A DNA stretch of 63,725 bases, the filler included, from Dicyema japonicum (lineage: Eukaryota; Animalia; Dicyemida), in the NCBI GenBank assembly GCA_011109175.1. It is 11 parts of 11 records of this genome, joined end to end, with 100 filler letters (N's around TTAATTAATTAA, not from the genome) between each part and the next. Parts side by side here need not be neighbours in the genome. Positions count along the whole stretch, not along the records: positions 11,980 to 33,340 come from RDEW01000026.1; 10 more parts are not named here. The stretch is one strand, 5' to 3'. Below are positions 14,454-27,639 of this stretch, piece after piece; the first letter of the stretch is position 1, and each line of letters begins with the position of its first letter. The notes below the pieces were generated by a model, which saw nothing but the letters and a program-made list of their open reading frames with translations, searched no databases and was not told the DNA's origin. Made by a program: the position numbers and the translations under genes.

Positions 14454-15030
14454 CTTCTATTGTTTAAAAATTAATTTTTATGGTGGTTAAAAAAAATTAA
14501 AAAATCTAGTTAATTACGAGCACAAATGAAACTTGCAGACCACAGTCAGTAGCCTACTTAATCTGCATAATGTGTACACAAGTCCATTACTTAATTGCTT
14601 GCAAGACGTTGTTTCTGCTATACACCTTAAGCAATAGGCCATTGGGCCAAGGTCGTGTTAACGAATTCAATTATTCTCTCAAATTCATAAAAATCCAAAT
14701 ATTTAAAAAACACACTGATTATGGAAAGTCCTAATGATGATCTCTTGTGTTCCATCATGGCTTTAGATCAGAGTGAGAGTGAGATGAATTATTTCTTAGC
14801 AATGTCCGCATCACATTTATGAGATGTTTGGTAATTCTCGTCATCACTTATGGCACCAATGAGATTAACTCATCAGAGTAAAAAAGTGATGAGAGGGGGA
14901 TTTAATAGTAAATTGTGGGTATTACAGCTGCATCAGCTGGTTTTAACATTGATTCTATAACTATGGAGTACATGGAAGATGATAAATTGTAATAACCAAA
15001 CTCAATAATTAAAACTAACGTAAATATAAT

Positions 15031-18000
15031 TTAATCCTCCTCATCACTCTTTGCTGATCTTGATTTTACATTGGAGGAAGAACGACTTCCATATTTAGTA
15101 TAATCATATCTGCTCTTATTTTGTGTCATATCACGTTGTAACATATCCACTGTCTCACTCAACTCATCCCTTTCGTTTTGAATCTTCCTCATTTTATTCT
15201 TCAACGTGTTAACTTCATCATCAGCCTCCTCTACGTTACGCTTTAGTGTTCTATTACGAGAACTCATCATTTCCAACTGACAATATTGACACACTCATTA
15301 CCTGAGATTTAAAAGATTCGCCACATCTTCGTTCGTCATCAACATTCTGCTGAGATTCTCTCAGTTTCCTCTCCAATGACCTTACTGTTCGTAGGGCACC
15401 CTCCTTGTCTCTACAAATGAATCCCCACTCTACCGTGTTTCTGAATCCAGTAAAGCTTCAAGTTTGGAATTCTTTTGTTCGAGGAGAACAACAGAAGAAC
15501 CCGAGACTTTTGATCGTTCAAATTCCTCTTCCAAAACAGCAATACGAGAACGAAGATCTCTATTTTGTCTCTCAGAGAAAGAAAGCTGATCAGCAAGTTT
15601 AGAACAAGTGGTTCGTTCAGTATTCAAATCAACTAAAGATTGATCAATTTGTAGTTTGAGTTTTCTAAGATCGTCCTCGTATTCTTCCCTTCCATTAAGT
15701 TCATCATCCAACTCAGCCCTAAGACTAGTAATAGTCCTTTTAGAATTAGCCAACTCTTGTTGAGCATGTGAACTAGAATAAATAAAAAAACTACAATTTA
15801 GATGAAATATCATTATAATAATCTCTGCACTCATCCCTCTCTTCAATTAATGACTTTTTTTGTGACTGAAAAGTGTTAATATTATGATTAAATTCATCAA
15901 CTAATGTTTGTAATTGCTTATTCTTTCTCTGTTCTTCCATATATTTATTATCAATATCCTCCTTTATTATTTTGTGATCATTAAGTTCCCGTTGAGCATC
16001 CTTAAGTCCATTCTATAATAATATAATTTATATTACATTAAGTTTTTTATTATGTTTTATCAACTCAATGTTTTTAGACTCCAAATCACTAATTATGCCA
16101 CTCATCTCCCTGTTGTCACTCTCCATCTTCTTTTTACCAGAGACCATCAATCCTTTCTGTCTTTGTTCCCCATCTAACAGTTCCTCCAAGTCTTTATTCT
16201 TTTTAGTGATTGATCTTAATTTATCCTCAAATTCATCAATTCTTTCTCTGTTAATTCTCTCCCATTCTGTTTTGTCAGATTGGAAGGCAACATCCTTCCT
16301 AGTCATGTCATTCTTTAGCATGTAAATTTCATCCTCCAATTCTGCGATTAAAGTATTTTGTTCTTCATTCCTTCTCTTTTGTTGTTTAATTTCATCTCTG
16401 AGCATGTGTTTCTAAGTAATGACTAAAAAGTACATCAGCAGTCTCGCCCGTAGCTGCAGATTGAATAATGTTGAATTCTTTGTTTAGATTGTTAATCTTT
16501 TTATTAAATTCTTGTATTTGTTCATCCTTATCATCTAATTCTCTACATGCACACAAATATTTAGTCTCCATATTTCTAAACTCCTGTTCAATACTATCTT
16601 TATCCTTTATAATACTAATAGTAAATTATAAAATAACCAATTCTTTGCATTCCTCTCATCCTGTAGTAAATTATCAAATTTTTTATGTTTAGTCTCTAGA
16701 GAGGCAACATTAGCAGCATAATTATCAAGTTGTATATTACTATCATCCAATTCATTCTCAAGACGACTTATTGTTTTTGTTAATTTAGTTTTATCACAAA
16801 TTAAATCATCATTTTCACATTTGTATGTTTCAATCTCCTTATTTAATCGTCTTATTGTATCATCACATACAATCTTCTCAGCACTCAATACATCATAACG
16901 CTTAGTAATATCATTTAATTTATTCTGTATTTGTTGTAATTGTCTGTATTGGGCCTCCACGTTACCTTCTTCCTCCAATATTTTATCATTTAATTTATCA
17001 ACTTGACTTGTCTTTACGTTCAGTTGATTTGTAATCTTTTTTCTCTCACATGTTTCATATTCCAAGTTTGATTCTGTTTCACTCAATTTTTGTCTCAATT
17101 CTTTTACTTGTCGTTCATAATCAACAACACTCTTTTCAAGTTCTTCCACGTGTTCGCCAGTCCTCTCTAATTCATTCTATTAATAATTATATTAATAAAC
17201 ATTAAGTCTATTGAGATTATCAATACTATCCCCTCTCTCTTTGTCAATATCATTCATTTTAATACTCATATCCATTATTTGATGTTCCAACTGCTTTCTC
17301 TTATTATCACTCTCTGTCTTTTTATTCACTGTAACACATAAATTCTCTTTCATAACTTCCATCTCATCCTCCATACTCTTTAAACATTTCTTTAAATTTA
17401 ATTCATTCTAATATTAAATAAACAAATATACCTTTCGTAGTCCATCAATCGTTGACATGCTATTATTTATTTCATTAATATATTTTTCCTTATTTTGTTT
17501 TATAGTCTCATCAAATTTGTGTCTCTGTCCTTCAATCTCCTTCATTAACATACTAATCTTCTCCTCTTTCTCCCTTCTCAGTTTCTTTTCAGCCTCACCA
17601 ATATCAGTAGTCTCCTCGTATTGCATTCTCAGATTATCCAATTCATGTTGTAATTGACGTTTATCCTTTTCAAGAGTAATCTTTGCAGTTTGTATAATAT
17701 CCAAATCATCATTCAGTTGACTAATAGTATTATAAGCATCTCTATTATCCTTCATACTTTTAGCCAAAATAAGACTATCCTCATCAGCCCTAAACTCATT
17801 ATAATATCAAACTTTGCTGTTAATGATGACAAATTATCAGTCTTTAAAGTCAATTGAGTTTGTAATTGCTCAATTTGGGATTTCATTTCATTATTTAATT
17901 CTCTCATATCAGACAATTCACTACAAACTCTTCTTTCATTCTTTTGTATATCACTCTTTATGTGCGTCTCCCGTTCTAATTGGGAATTAACTTGTTCAAG

Positions 18001-21000
18001 TTGGGCCTCCAATTTCTTAACATGTTTCACAATATTATTAGCCCTATCCTCCTCAGATTGCCAAGATTGTTGTACATTATTCAATTTATCCTCAATAGTT
18101 TTCTTTTCTTTCTCCAACTTGACATTACAACAACTTGTACCTTTCCAATCTTATAATCTTTCTCAACAATCTGTTCTGACAAATTACCAATTTTATTATC
18201 AGCAGAGGATTTATCACTCTGTAAGACATCTTCATAATGAGATAATCTATGTAAATATAATAATTACTGTTGTTCCAATTGTGCAATATTATCAGTCAAT
18301 ACTCGTTTTTCTTCCAAATATTTGGTTACATTGCTTTCCTCTTCAAAGAGTCTACTCTCCATGTCCTGTAATAAATCCTCCATCTCCTTCTTCTTTCCAG
18401 TTAATATGAAAATATTCTGATTAGTAATATAATAATACTTCATGTAGATTATCAGATCTATCAACCTCCTCTTGAAGACGACGAGATAGAACATCCCTTT
18501 CCTGTTCTAATTCGGAGATAGATTTGATATTATCAGCTAATATGATTGATTGTTTATCCAAAGTAGTTTTAGCTTTAACCAATTCATCATTAATAGTCCT
18601 CATCTGATCAGTGTCCACCATTGGTAGTAACTATATTAAAAAAGGGTAAACAACCTTACTATAAAGTCTAAACCAAGTCCATTGTCGTAATTTGAGATAA
18701 TTTTTACAATTTCGTTGAATAACAATAAGACTAGACTTGTATTGCATACGTTTGGAGTAATATTTTTTGGATAAATATTCTCTGGCCTTTGATTGAAGTG
18801 ATATTATAAGTTCAGCAATTTTAAGGTCTCTCTCTTCCTCAAAGTGAGCCAATACTCCTGTACGGAAAAACACTTTAGTCTTTCCTAATCTGTAGAGAAC
18901 AGTATCAATCTCTAATTCTTGTAGCATAATTTCAACTCCCTTTCTATTATCCATGAATTCATTTAACACATTAGTTTGTACTAATATTGAATATCTTTGT
19001 CTAAAATCCTCATATGTGACTCTATTAGGGAATCCCTGTCTACATATTCTTATCCCTTCAAGTACTCCATTACACCTAAGTTGATCCAAAACCAAATGAC
19101 AATCCACTTTGCCTGCTTTCTTCTCCAAATTAGGAATTATGCATCTTATAAAGTGGGCTGTTGTACTACTAAGATTGTCCATTAATCCACATAATTGTAT
19201 TTTGTATAATTGTGAGACTGTCCTGAACATTCCTTTCTTTTCTACATACCAAGTGGGATCTTTCCAAATATCCCTTACAAATGGGATGGTGGAGTTTTGT
19301 AGAAGGGACACAAGTGAATCGGACAGTGGATCCATATTAGTATATAACCAATTATTAGCAGAATATTCTACCTACTAATAATAATTAATATAACTCTTCC
19401 AGCATAATGGGATATTGTAAAGTCAGAATCAGTCCTACGTTGTTTAGAAAAGTTAGGATGAGAGCCCAATTGAGTAACTAATTTCTCCACTAATGTTTTA
19501 TTGGTTGCCTTAGGAAATAGACACTCTTCATCCAATAGTCCTAATACTCCAATAGGTTTTTCAATTAAATCGATGGTTGGTTGTAAATCTAATCCAAAGT
19601 CAATGAAATCCCAATTAATTCCTTCCTGTTTGTACTCAAACTGTTCTATTATGAACATTCTGTGATTAAACAACTGTTGTAATTTCTCATTGGTGTAGTT
19701 TATGCATAATTGTTCAAATGAATTAATCTTGAATATTTCAAATCCAGCAATATCCAATATTCCTATAAATTGATTACTGTGGTGTTTTCTGCTTAATAGT
19801 TTGTTTAAGTGCATTACAATCCAATTAAATAATTTCTCATATGTTGCCTTTGCTATTGCCTCCACTGATAATTCAGCCTGCTCCTTTGTTTGAGATTTTT
19901 GTACTGAATCCCTACCCACTTTTATTCGAGGACGAATTAACCCTTGCACAAGGTCACCCACATTCAAGCCCAATAAATTACATACTCTTTGTGCACATGA
20001 CTTGTCTGGGAGAGTGGCCTGTTCACTATTCCTCTCTACTGAAAATAATATATTCCCAAATACTAATACTGCCTCCACAGTCTCCAATATACCTTAATAT
20101 ATAATTTAATATTACTTTTTACAATATTATCACTAAATCCTACTACTTTAAATGATTCCATTGTCCTTTTATACTCTTCACTGTCCTCCACTCCAACAAT
20201 CTCACTGTCTCCATTCAAATATTTGTATTCTCCACCAATCTGGGACAACAGTTGGTACATTATGTGGAATGATCTCTCACCCACATTTTGTCTTACTGTT
20301 CTGCACTTCTCCAACAAATATGTCATAACTGAGCCTCCCCTTATTATTCCACCATCAAAGTTTATTTTAATATATTTCCCCTAATTATTATTATTTATAT
20401 TACAAATCTGGATGAATTATCATTCTTTACTGTCTTTGCATTACCAAAGGCTTCCAATATTGGGTTTGCCTCCAATAGTTGACCCTCTATCTCAGATTCT
20501 CCTTTCCCAACTTGACCCAAATATTCTATCACTTTCTTTGTGTTCTCTGTCTTACCTGCACCTGATTCCCCTCTATTAATTACTACATCACAATAACGTG
20601 CACAATATTGACTGATCTTCACGATCTTCCAACATACTACGATATGCATGCTCGGCTATCATATACACGTGTGGAGGTGCATCGTGCTTTTTCTTACCTC
20701 CATAATACTTCATTACATCCAATGAATATATTGGTAATTTCTTGTATGGATTTATAACAACACAAAACAGACCAGAGTATGTCTAAACTATCACTAAATC
20801 ATACGTATATTAATCCTGATGAATAACGCTCTCGAAGGTTCCAATACACACATGCTTCGTTCAAACATGCCAGTTCTGACATATCCTCACATTTCTCAAA
20901 TTTGGGTGGGTTCATCTTGTGTACTTCGTTCTTTGATAATCTTCTATGCTCACAACTCTTTATTATTTCCACTTCCACTCCATCACCATCCTCTTTCAAT

Positions 21001-21131
21001 ATTCGTCCTGCTGTAAATCCTTCTTCTTTGCATGACACCCACACTAGTCTCTTTGCCGCCCATTCTTTCATTAACATTCCTTGGTTCTCATTTACTCTTC
21101 GTTCAAGGTAGTACAAGACGTTATCAGCCAT
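15031..21131 (-). CDS. MYH9: myosin II heavy chain, non-muscle (MYH9/MYH10/zipper class), about 1,900 aa, 18 introns of 21-25 nt
   Basis: P-loop [13 protein letters not shown], switch I NDNSSRF|GK, switch [31 protein letters not shown] region and long coiled coil. Frames join exactly on removing GT-AG introns, e.g. 20783-20804, 20573-20597, 20381-20403, 20093-20115, 19372-19394, 18631-18654, 18417-18438, 18247-18267. Vertebrate paralog assignment is not resolvable. Confidence 0.97.
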
Positions 21132-23539
21132 TGTAATATCTTATTATTATTTTAACTTTATTTTTTATTTTTAATTTTATTTTAATTTTATTCATAATTT
21201 TTTATTTATCTTATTTTTATATTTTATTAAAACTTGCCAATTTTAACAAAATAATATTTCCTAATTAAGTGTAAATCATGTACTAATATAGGTAATTTTC
21301 CACAATATCGAAACTTTCATGTGGTTCACTCTCACGTAGCGAAAATTTGATACAAGTTTCATTCTAGCAACTAATAGAACCGCAATTATTCGCCTATCAA
21401 CCTGTTCTTCAACCACAATATCAAGAACAAGGATATAATTATAGCATTATAGGATTAATGATTTATACTTCACTCATGATGATTTATCACATATATTGAT
21501 GAACTTTTTGCATTTTGATTTTTGTACATAAAAATATTAGAAAATAAAAATTATAAATTACACTTAATAAAACATCTTGGAAATCGTAAAACAGAATACG
21601 TAACTAAATATTATGGGAGTTACATTATGCAATGTTCTGTTGAGTCTACTGATATCAAACTATTGTATTTTATAATTATGAGACTGTCCATTCATGAAAA
21701 GTACTTACTAGGCCTTAATGAATTGACTAAACAATTAATAGTGTGGCTTAAAGAGGATTATATTCACTGAGACTGTCAGAGAGGAGGTTTAACTATAGTA
21801 ATGCTTCCAATTTTTAACTTTGACTTTAGCATCTAAAATAATATAAATTTATTTTGATTGCAATTAGGTAATCCTGTCAATCATATAAATATGTGTGAGA
21901 ATGTAATTGGGTTTAATAAATATAATCAAATCCACTAAATGTGATACTCTCAACAAACATGTGCTTACAACATACGAACATGCAACAATGTTAAGTTTCT
22001 TTACGGTTGTGATGTGGATATCAATTTGGAATGGTCATTTACCACTTGGTCTAACCCTATGGTAAACATCTCCAATTCCTCTATATGATGGAAATATATT
22101 TTATCGATTTTAATAAGTGTTCAATAGGGTGACCCACAGACCTCCTCCTCTTATCTATTGATAGTCCCATTGATAACATTATGTATATGATTGGGAAAAG
22201 CATAATTGAATCACTTGAAACAGAGATCACTGGATCGGCCTAAATGTCAACACTCATCATGTAAGAGTAAAACCACAAGAATTTCAATATTATGAATTAT
22301 GAACCATCCAAAGTCGTTTATTTTAAACTTGGATTCGTATCAGTACGTCTACCCCTTAGATTTGACACAATAAAACAACCCCTACTATGAAATCAACAGA
22401 CTGGCTGAGAATTTGACCATTAAATAAATTAATGTTTATTTTCCGTGTTTAGTTATTTATGTGAAATTACGGATTACTGAGGATCCAGAAAAGGTATTTG
22501 TTAGAATATGTTAAAGGTTGATTGTTAATCTATTTTTCTTATCTAACTTTAATGCACTAATTGATATTCTAATGAATGGTCAGTAAGCACAACATTTAAA
22601 AATTATATTTTATTTCAGTTGTCTCTATGTGAAATTACGGATTACTGAGGATCCAGAAAAGGTATTTGTTAGAATATGTTAAAGGTTGATTGTTAATCTA
22701 TTTTTCTTATCTAACTTTAATGCACTAATTGATATTCTAATGAATATCAAGTAAGCACAACATTTAAAAATTATATTTTATTTCAGTTGTCATTGTACAG
22801 GAAAAGTGTTGTCTTCAATACTAACCATCACTTAGGCGAGACTCACTTTATTTTTAAGGAAAAAACAGTTATGGTGTCTAATTGTTTACATGGAGATAAT
22901 AATGTTCCTAACATTTTTGTTGCATGAAGGTATTCACTGATGACAACATTACTCGTCAAACCAAACTACGTATAAATAATTAAGAGAATGCTGTTTACCG
23001 TTTGTTTTGTTTTATTTATTTCAAAACCAAAAATCACGGCAAAATAAAAGAGTTTGGGGGCTGTCAGGTGANGGCTGTCAGGTGATTTGGGCCTCCTTAA
23101 ACAGTCGCCTTATCCTTTCTCAGTGTTCCTCCAAACAGCCGACACACTTCCTATATGGATGAATCACTTTTCGAGAATGTTGAGGATTCAACGGGGTTCA
23201 TGTCTTCTCATAAGTTCCTTAAACAGAGTTGGCTTTAGTGGCGAAAAGAACCTCTGTAAAGCCATCGTTACTATTTCTTGGAAGGAGTTTATTTTCTTTA
23301 GGTAGGTATAGGATAGGTTAGAAACAGTTTTGTAGTATACAAGTAGCGTTTTTACAAAATTTAGTTTTTGTTGGGAAGGAGATGACGTTGCTTACGTATT
23401 TGCTTAAGGTCATAAGGGGGTCGTATGTGATCCCCAGTATTTTGATGTTAGAAACAGTTTTGTAGTATACAAGTAGCGTTTTTACAAAATTTAGTTTTTG
23501 TTGGGAAGGAGATGACGTTGATTACGTATTTGCTTAAGG

Positions 23540-23780
23540 TCATAAGGGGGTCGTATGTGATCCCAAGTATTTTAATTGAATCTGTTTTTTCAGAATGTCC
23601 CTAAGCTCAAGGACCTTCCCTTTTAGTCCGTTTATTCTTAGTTGTAAGAGGACAAGGCCTTTTGGTGGCTCAGGATTTGGATTTATGTCTCCAGAGAGCA
23701 TCAACAGGACCTCGATCAAGTTTGGTGAGGCAAAGAAAAAACATTTCTCCCAAGAGAAGGGGAAGATATACAATGTACTT
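23540..23780 (-). mobile_element. LINE ORF2 start: 2A-like motif followed by APE endonuclease N-terminus
   Basis: LLMLSGDINPNPEP-PKGLVLLQLRINGLKGKVLELRDIL. Confidence 0.7.
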
Positions 23781-24079
23781 ATTCAATTTTGATTTTCAGA
23801 CAAAAAATTCAATTCAAAATTATTTAAAGAAATCTGAGAGCAGTATCTTGTCGCTCGTCCCTAGCCACTACCAAGCAAACTATTTGGTAAGGAAATAAGT
23901 TAGCTCTGTTCGCTACAAATGCAGACTTTTTCTCCACGAGCAGGTGACCCACATGAAAGTCGCGACAGAAACAATCCATGATTGAATATTTAGTAAAGCC
24001 ATCAGAAGCCTTGTTATCAACAAGTTTCTGGGTCTTATTCCATTTATTGTTTACGGAAGCGAAAATTTCCTATCACGGG

Positions 24080-24548
24080 AAGTTCGCGTCCACTTTGTAC
24101 GTTTACGTTGTGGCCATCACATGGATTTACAATCATATTTGTACATGATTGGATACTCATCCTCTTTACTATGTATTCATGCTTGACGACTTTTCCTGTA
24201 AGTACGCAGAAGCAGTCAAAATTTCCGTAGAGTACACGTCAACACACATAGCATCTCAAACCAGGCTTCGACCATTAGCGAAGAAGGTTGTCATCTCACT
24301 AGGACATTAGCCATCCCACTGGGGGAGACTAATGAGATCAAAAAGTTAATAGTACCCAGCAGAGGAAAGCAAATTTAAGCTGTTTTGAGTCAAGTCTGTC
24401 TTCTTTTGAAGTTCTAGGTCACATCTGTAAGACAATCTCAAACTTGGTCATGTCCCTCGATTATGGAAGAATTCCGTTTTGAGAATGATTCCCAAACACA
24501 GAATGCTCAAGAAGGATCCCATAAATTACAAGTCGATCAGCCTTATTT
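24080..24548 (+). mobile_element. LINE fragments (C-terminal RLRCGHH region and RT domain 0/1)
   Basis: VRLRCGHHMDLQSYLYMIG, then LGHVPRLWKNSVLRMIPKHRMLKKDPINYKSISL. Confidence 0.6.
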
Positions 24549-25149
24549 ATTTTAAAAATTATTAAGCGAACTATTTTATGTTAAATGTAGATCTACAGGA
24601 TATCCACCATCCAATGATAACGACAAACCTCATTGAGAAACGAGTCACACATTATTTTCAATTTGACTGTTCATCCGAAAGTAAATCTCTCACATGAACA
24701 GTTTTTGAGCTGATTTTTCATCTAAATTTAGACGAATTCCGCTCTCAAACGAAACAATATCTGAAGAATTCAAGAAATGGGTGGCAATATATTGTCCACA
24801 GTGAAGCATATTCAAAAAAATGCATGATCTATGTCTTTAGTTTGATGAATCGACTAATATAACACCAATTTACTAACCATACCTACGCATAGTAGAAAAT
24901 GACCATATAATTGAGGATTTTCTTATTTGTGTTGAAATTTCAGACAGGATGCTTGTCTATACATATTTGATATTATTATAGGCACGTACGGGATGCCAAG
25001 ATCATGACAAAGCATGTGCACACGAAAGTTAACAATCTAATTAACACTGATATGGATGGTTTAATTAAATAATATTGATTAAGTATGAGTACTGAGAAAA
25101 ATATTGACAATACAAAATTAAAAAACAACCCTTTATTTTTAAGACAATT

Positions 25150-25880
25150 CCTTTTACATAGGCCAAGATCGTGAGAGCATTCCCTCTGATCACTGACATT
25201 TCGAGCCTCTGTCTAATCCAAAGTCATTCGTGGGATTCTCTTCAAAGCGGTCTTTCTTGATCTTAGAGAGAAATTCGTCAGTCAGCTTTCCCATGACTCC
25301 GGAAGTATCTTATTATAAGTACGAAATGATAGTTTTCGTGAAGGGATTCGCATTTTTGGATTTTCCAGTACTCTGCCTTGTCGTTCACATCGCTAGGTGA
25401 GTGAAAATAATGACATCTTATCTGACCTTTCTTCATCGCCTCTGTCCAAGCCTAAGCATTCCAGCTCAGCTAAAAACCACAAGGCTTTGAGTTCTCGTAT
25501 AACAACGTTGGCAAGACAAAGGTTGTCCTCTTTAGCGAGTTGAAGGCATTTGGGATTATTTCCGCTGAAGTAACTACTCGTTGCGCCCACTGCTGCATCG
25601 CATCCCCTGATCACACCCACGCCAATTTAAATCGGGGAGAGTTCTTTGGCGATCCTAAGAGAGATTCACCAGTCCACGATTTTAGAGTAACTACTCGTTG
25701 CGCCCATTGCTGCCTCGCATCCCCTGATCACACCCACGCCAATTTAAATCGGGGAGAGTTCTTTGGCGATCCTAAGAGAGATTCACCAGTCCACGATTTT
25801 AGCAGCAAGCCTTCGGTAGTATGTTCCGCTCACATTTAGGCGAACTCCCCCATCTATCTTTCTGAATGCCAGTAGATGTC
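25150..25880 (-). mobile_element. CRE-clade retrotransposon 3' fragment, degenerate, with an internal duplication of about 117 bp
   Basis: LECLGLDRGDEERSDKMSLFS and WIRQRLEMSVIRGNALTIL align to the LEPVGLDRGDGKRPDGM and ERLSIAVIRGN motifs of the 47556 copy. Confidence 0.7.
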
Positions 25881-26122
25881 CGCAAAAAAGATTATGAAAG
25901 CTTGATACAAGGAATCAACACGATGTGTTTGGATATTTCAAAAGATATTGATGTTGTTTGGGACAATACACTTTTAGAGCAACTTGTGTCTACGAGAGTA
26001 CGACGAATCTCCTATTTGAAATGAGGTCTTTTGTGAAGATGGAAACCCTTAAGATGAGGGTCCTTGTGGCTATCCCCTAGTGGGTGAAAAGTAGTAATAA
26101 TGAAGCCAAATAATAATAATAA

Positions 26123-26935
26123 TCAATTATTGTATTCTGACCAATGGCCATATTGCATTTGCCATTGATATTGGTTTTCCCACGTTTGATAATCAAAATC
26201 TCCCCAATTATAAGGATATAATTGTAAAGGATAGCGAGGCCATCTTTGTGTAATTTTCTTAGCAGACAATGGTTGTGCTAATTTACATTCAACCTAATAT
26301 TATATAAATAATACTTTCTTTCCATTAATAATAACATATCTTTCCATACATAATCTATTAACAGGCTCCTTGGAATCAAAGGTGACAAACCCAAATCCTC
26401 TATGTCTCTCCTTATTAGGGTCCATCATTAATACACATTCAACCACCTATTTATTATATTTACTTTACATTTCCATAGTAACTAAAATAATTCTTTATTG
26501 ATTCATCATTACAATTGGCAGGTAATCCACCTATAAATATCTTTAAATCATTATCCTTTGTATCCTAACATATTATTACTCGTTACCTTCCCACGTGGAT
26601 TACACACTTTTGCATCAACAATCTTACCGTCTATTATGTGATCCATTGTGTTTAATACTCTCTGAACTGCTCCTTGAGAGTCAAATGTTACAAATCCGAA
26701 TCCACGTGACTGTCCTGTCTCTCCATTTGTCATCACTACTGACTCCAACACTTCGCCAAATCGGGAAAAGTACATCTTTAGTGACTCTAATAATTCTATA
26801 TTTTTAACTACCGTTGTTAGTAGGTGGAGCTAACCCCCCAACAAATATTTTTCTAATTAAGTTTATTTAAGTTTAATTTATTATCTAAACTAATCTTTAC
26901 CTTCTTTCATCATTATTTTGGGGTACACACTGCAT
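26123..26935 (-). CDS. two-RRM RNA-binding protein (DAZAP1/Musashi/hnRNP A-like)
   Basis: MQCVPQNNDERR-KIFVGGL...QSRGFGFVTF...KIFIGGLP...RHRGFGFVTF...KKVECKLAQP, then a W/Y/Q-rich tail; introns of 48, 25, 22, 22 and 21 nt restore one open frame. Confidence 0.9.
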
Positions 26936-27639
26936 CGATGACTATTGTATTATTATTTAAATTAATTATTTTTATTTTATTAATAATTTAATAATTCTTT
27001 TTATTATTTCTCTAACCACACAGACTTACATAATTTTAGCCAAATAAGATTTCTGACAGACTGACAAAATTTTAACAAAATAAGAACCCATATCATTAGT
27101 GTGTATATTCGTCCTTTAGTTAAGTTGTTATTTCATCCATACATAATTTGAATTTATATCTACTATAAATACACTACGCATACTATAACACATCAAAGTG
27201 TTAGTTATTAACTAAGCATCACAGTGTATCATAAATAGATTAGCTAAGCATCAGAGTGTATCATAGATTGGTCACCAACCTTGTTTCCTTTAATATATAT
27301 AACAATTAAATTGTGGATTGTAATAATTGCTATATTTGTAGAGAGTTAATTGTAAACTGAGGAACCTTGTTTCCTTTAATATATATAACAATTAAATTGT
27401 GGATTGTAATAATTGCTATATTTGTAGAGAGTTAATTTTAAACTGAGCTTACTCTTTCCTTCCTTCCCATAGGAATAATAATCAGAACACCTTAATAATA
27501 CTTTAGTTAAATATCCAAATGGCTGATAATCGTTCTCTTAGCAGAGTTAACCACCACTCATCCTTTTCTCCACATCAGTTCAGCATACAATAAGATACAC
27601 ACAAGATTGACAGATGTAATTTCCACAAGTTGATTTGAA

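Noticed and set aside
14700-14995. Possible gene tail convergent with myosin
   Set aside because: No combination of tiny introns tried gave a continuous frame or a recognisable protein.
15405-21111. Many plus-strand ORFs over the myosin gene
   Set aside because: Antisense shadows of the coiled-coil and motor coding strand.
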